From positions 41,635,094 to 41,699,093 of the forward strand of contig NC_068984.1 of assembly GCF_001194135.2 (NCBI RefSeq): a stretch of DNA of 64,000 bases, written 5' to 3'. Each line of letters opens with the position of its first letter. The stretch's first letter is position 1. The notes under the pieces were generated by a model. The model did not search any database. It had not been told where the DNA came from and saw only the letters and a list, made by a program, of their open reading frames with translations. Position numbers and translations under genes: made by a program. Below, piece after piece: positions 62,953 to 64,000 of this stretch. Source of the stretch: Octopus bimaculoides (taxonomy: Eukaryota).

Positions 62953-63166
62953 CATTTAGATTTCACATGCAGCCTGTTTGGATCACAGAATCACATCCGT
63001 TCACATTCAATTAATTAGATTTGTTTTTTTTCTCCTTTTTGTGTGTGTATGTCAATTTACTGACAATTTTGAAGTATGAACAGTTGAATCTTAATGTACT
63101 TGTCTTTAAAAAGTAAAGTTATTTATATTCCAAATTAGAATTTGTTTTTATTTATCAATTTCTATA

Positions 63167-63400
63167 AGTGCAGGCATGGCTATAGGTGCAGGCATGGCTG
63201 TGTGTATATATTTGTATGTTTGTGTCTGTGTTTGTCCCTCCACCATCACTTCATAACTGATCTTGGTGTGTGCAAAAGAAACCGATAGAATAAATACCAG
63301 GCTTACAAAGAATAAGTCCAGGGGTCGATTTCTTCAACTAAAATGCAGTGCTCCGACATGGCCATAGTCACAAGTAAAAAAGTAAAAAAGTAAAACAAGA
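63167..63400 (+). mobile_element. SINE family A copy with duplicated head (GGTGCAGGCATGGCT x2) and internal deletion, probably in the cubilin 3' UTR or just downstream
   Basis: 3' half matches 30980-31177. Confidence 0.75.
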
Positions 63401-64000
63401 ATTTTGAAGTGATGAATTAAAACTGTAAACTGGAACTCAAATCAATACTCGCATGATTGCAGTTTTGAAGTTGAAACATTTTAAAGAACATATATATATA
63501 TGTAGTGAAACTACCTATCGTCATTAGATACAAAACTACTATCGCCATTACATACAATCTTCTCATTTAAATATAAATAAATGCGAGCGTAGTAGAGAAC
63601 CCATTCCTTGTCCATCACATGACTGATCATTATTCGAATCGGCAACTTCTTCGAACCTTGGAAAAACAGAGGACTCCTTTTATTTAAACGTGTCACACGG
63701 TCGAACATACAAATATATATCAAAGATGATATACATGATATGTTATGCGACGATAACATAGATGACCAGTAATGAAAGACCACAACCGTATAAGATGAAT
63801 AACAGAGATATTTATTATAGCGTTAAAGATGTATGTCTGTGTGAGAGTGTGAATGCGACATATAAGAACATAATCAAAGACAGGCCGTCATACAAAGAAA
63901 AGTGTGTATGTGAGTGATACATGTGTGAGTTATTACGGCAGATAGAAAGAGTCAGTAAATGACACGTGAGCAATTATACCAGTTCGTTAGTACACTATAG

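Noticed and set aside
63511-63783. Minus-strand 90-aa ORF as a neighbouring gene
   Set aside because: No recognisable motif or splice signals; length is within chance expectation

Overview
Eukaryotic, AT-rich genomic DNA, most likely from a coleoid cephalopod such as Octopus (inferred from the repeat content; three N-gaps). The window holds the 3' part of one + strand gene, the cubilin orthologue (CUBN). I reconstructed 23 GT-AG exons between 632 and 62951 (3964 nt, about 1320 codons). They are phase-consistent throughout and encode half a CUB domain plus 11 complete CUB domains. By similarity to human cubilin as I recall it, these are CUB16 (half) to CUB27, ending at a TAA. Introns are packed with decayed mobile DNA: many RTE-clade LINE fragments, a near full-length CR1-type LINE, two R4/Dong-type endonuclease ends, a 4.1 kb Gypsy element, three mariner relics, Tc2-, hAT- and Tc1-type MITEs, long foldback elements and at least three tRNA-derived SINE families. 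The most notable findings are: (1) a 477-bp unit with an exact 57-bp terminal redundancy carrying a minimal type I hammerhead ribozyme fold (retrozyme- or Penelope-like, suggesting a circular RNA template) at 49094-49627; (2) a roughly 1.4 kb interrupted palindrome at 54065-55509; (3) an out-of-order, frameshifted copy of a cubilin exon embedded in a LINE relic at 52417-52625; (4) an ambiguous last exon, with a consensus splice donor 14 nt before the stop. All coordinates and alignments were read by eye; family names come from motif recall, not database searches.
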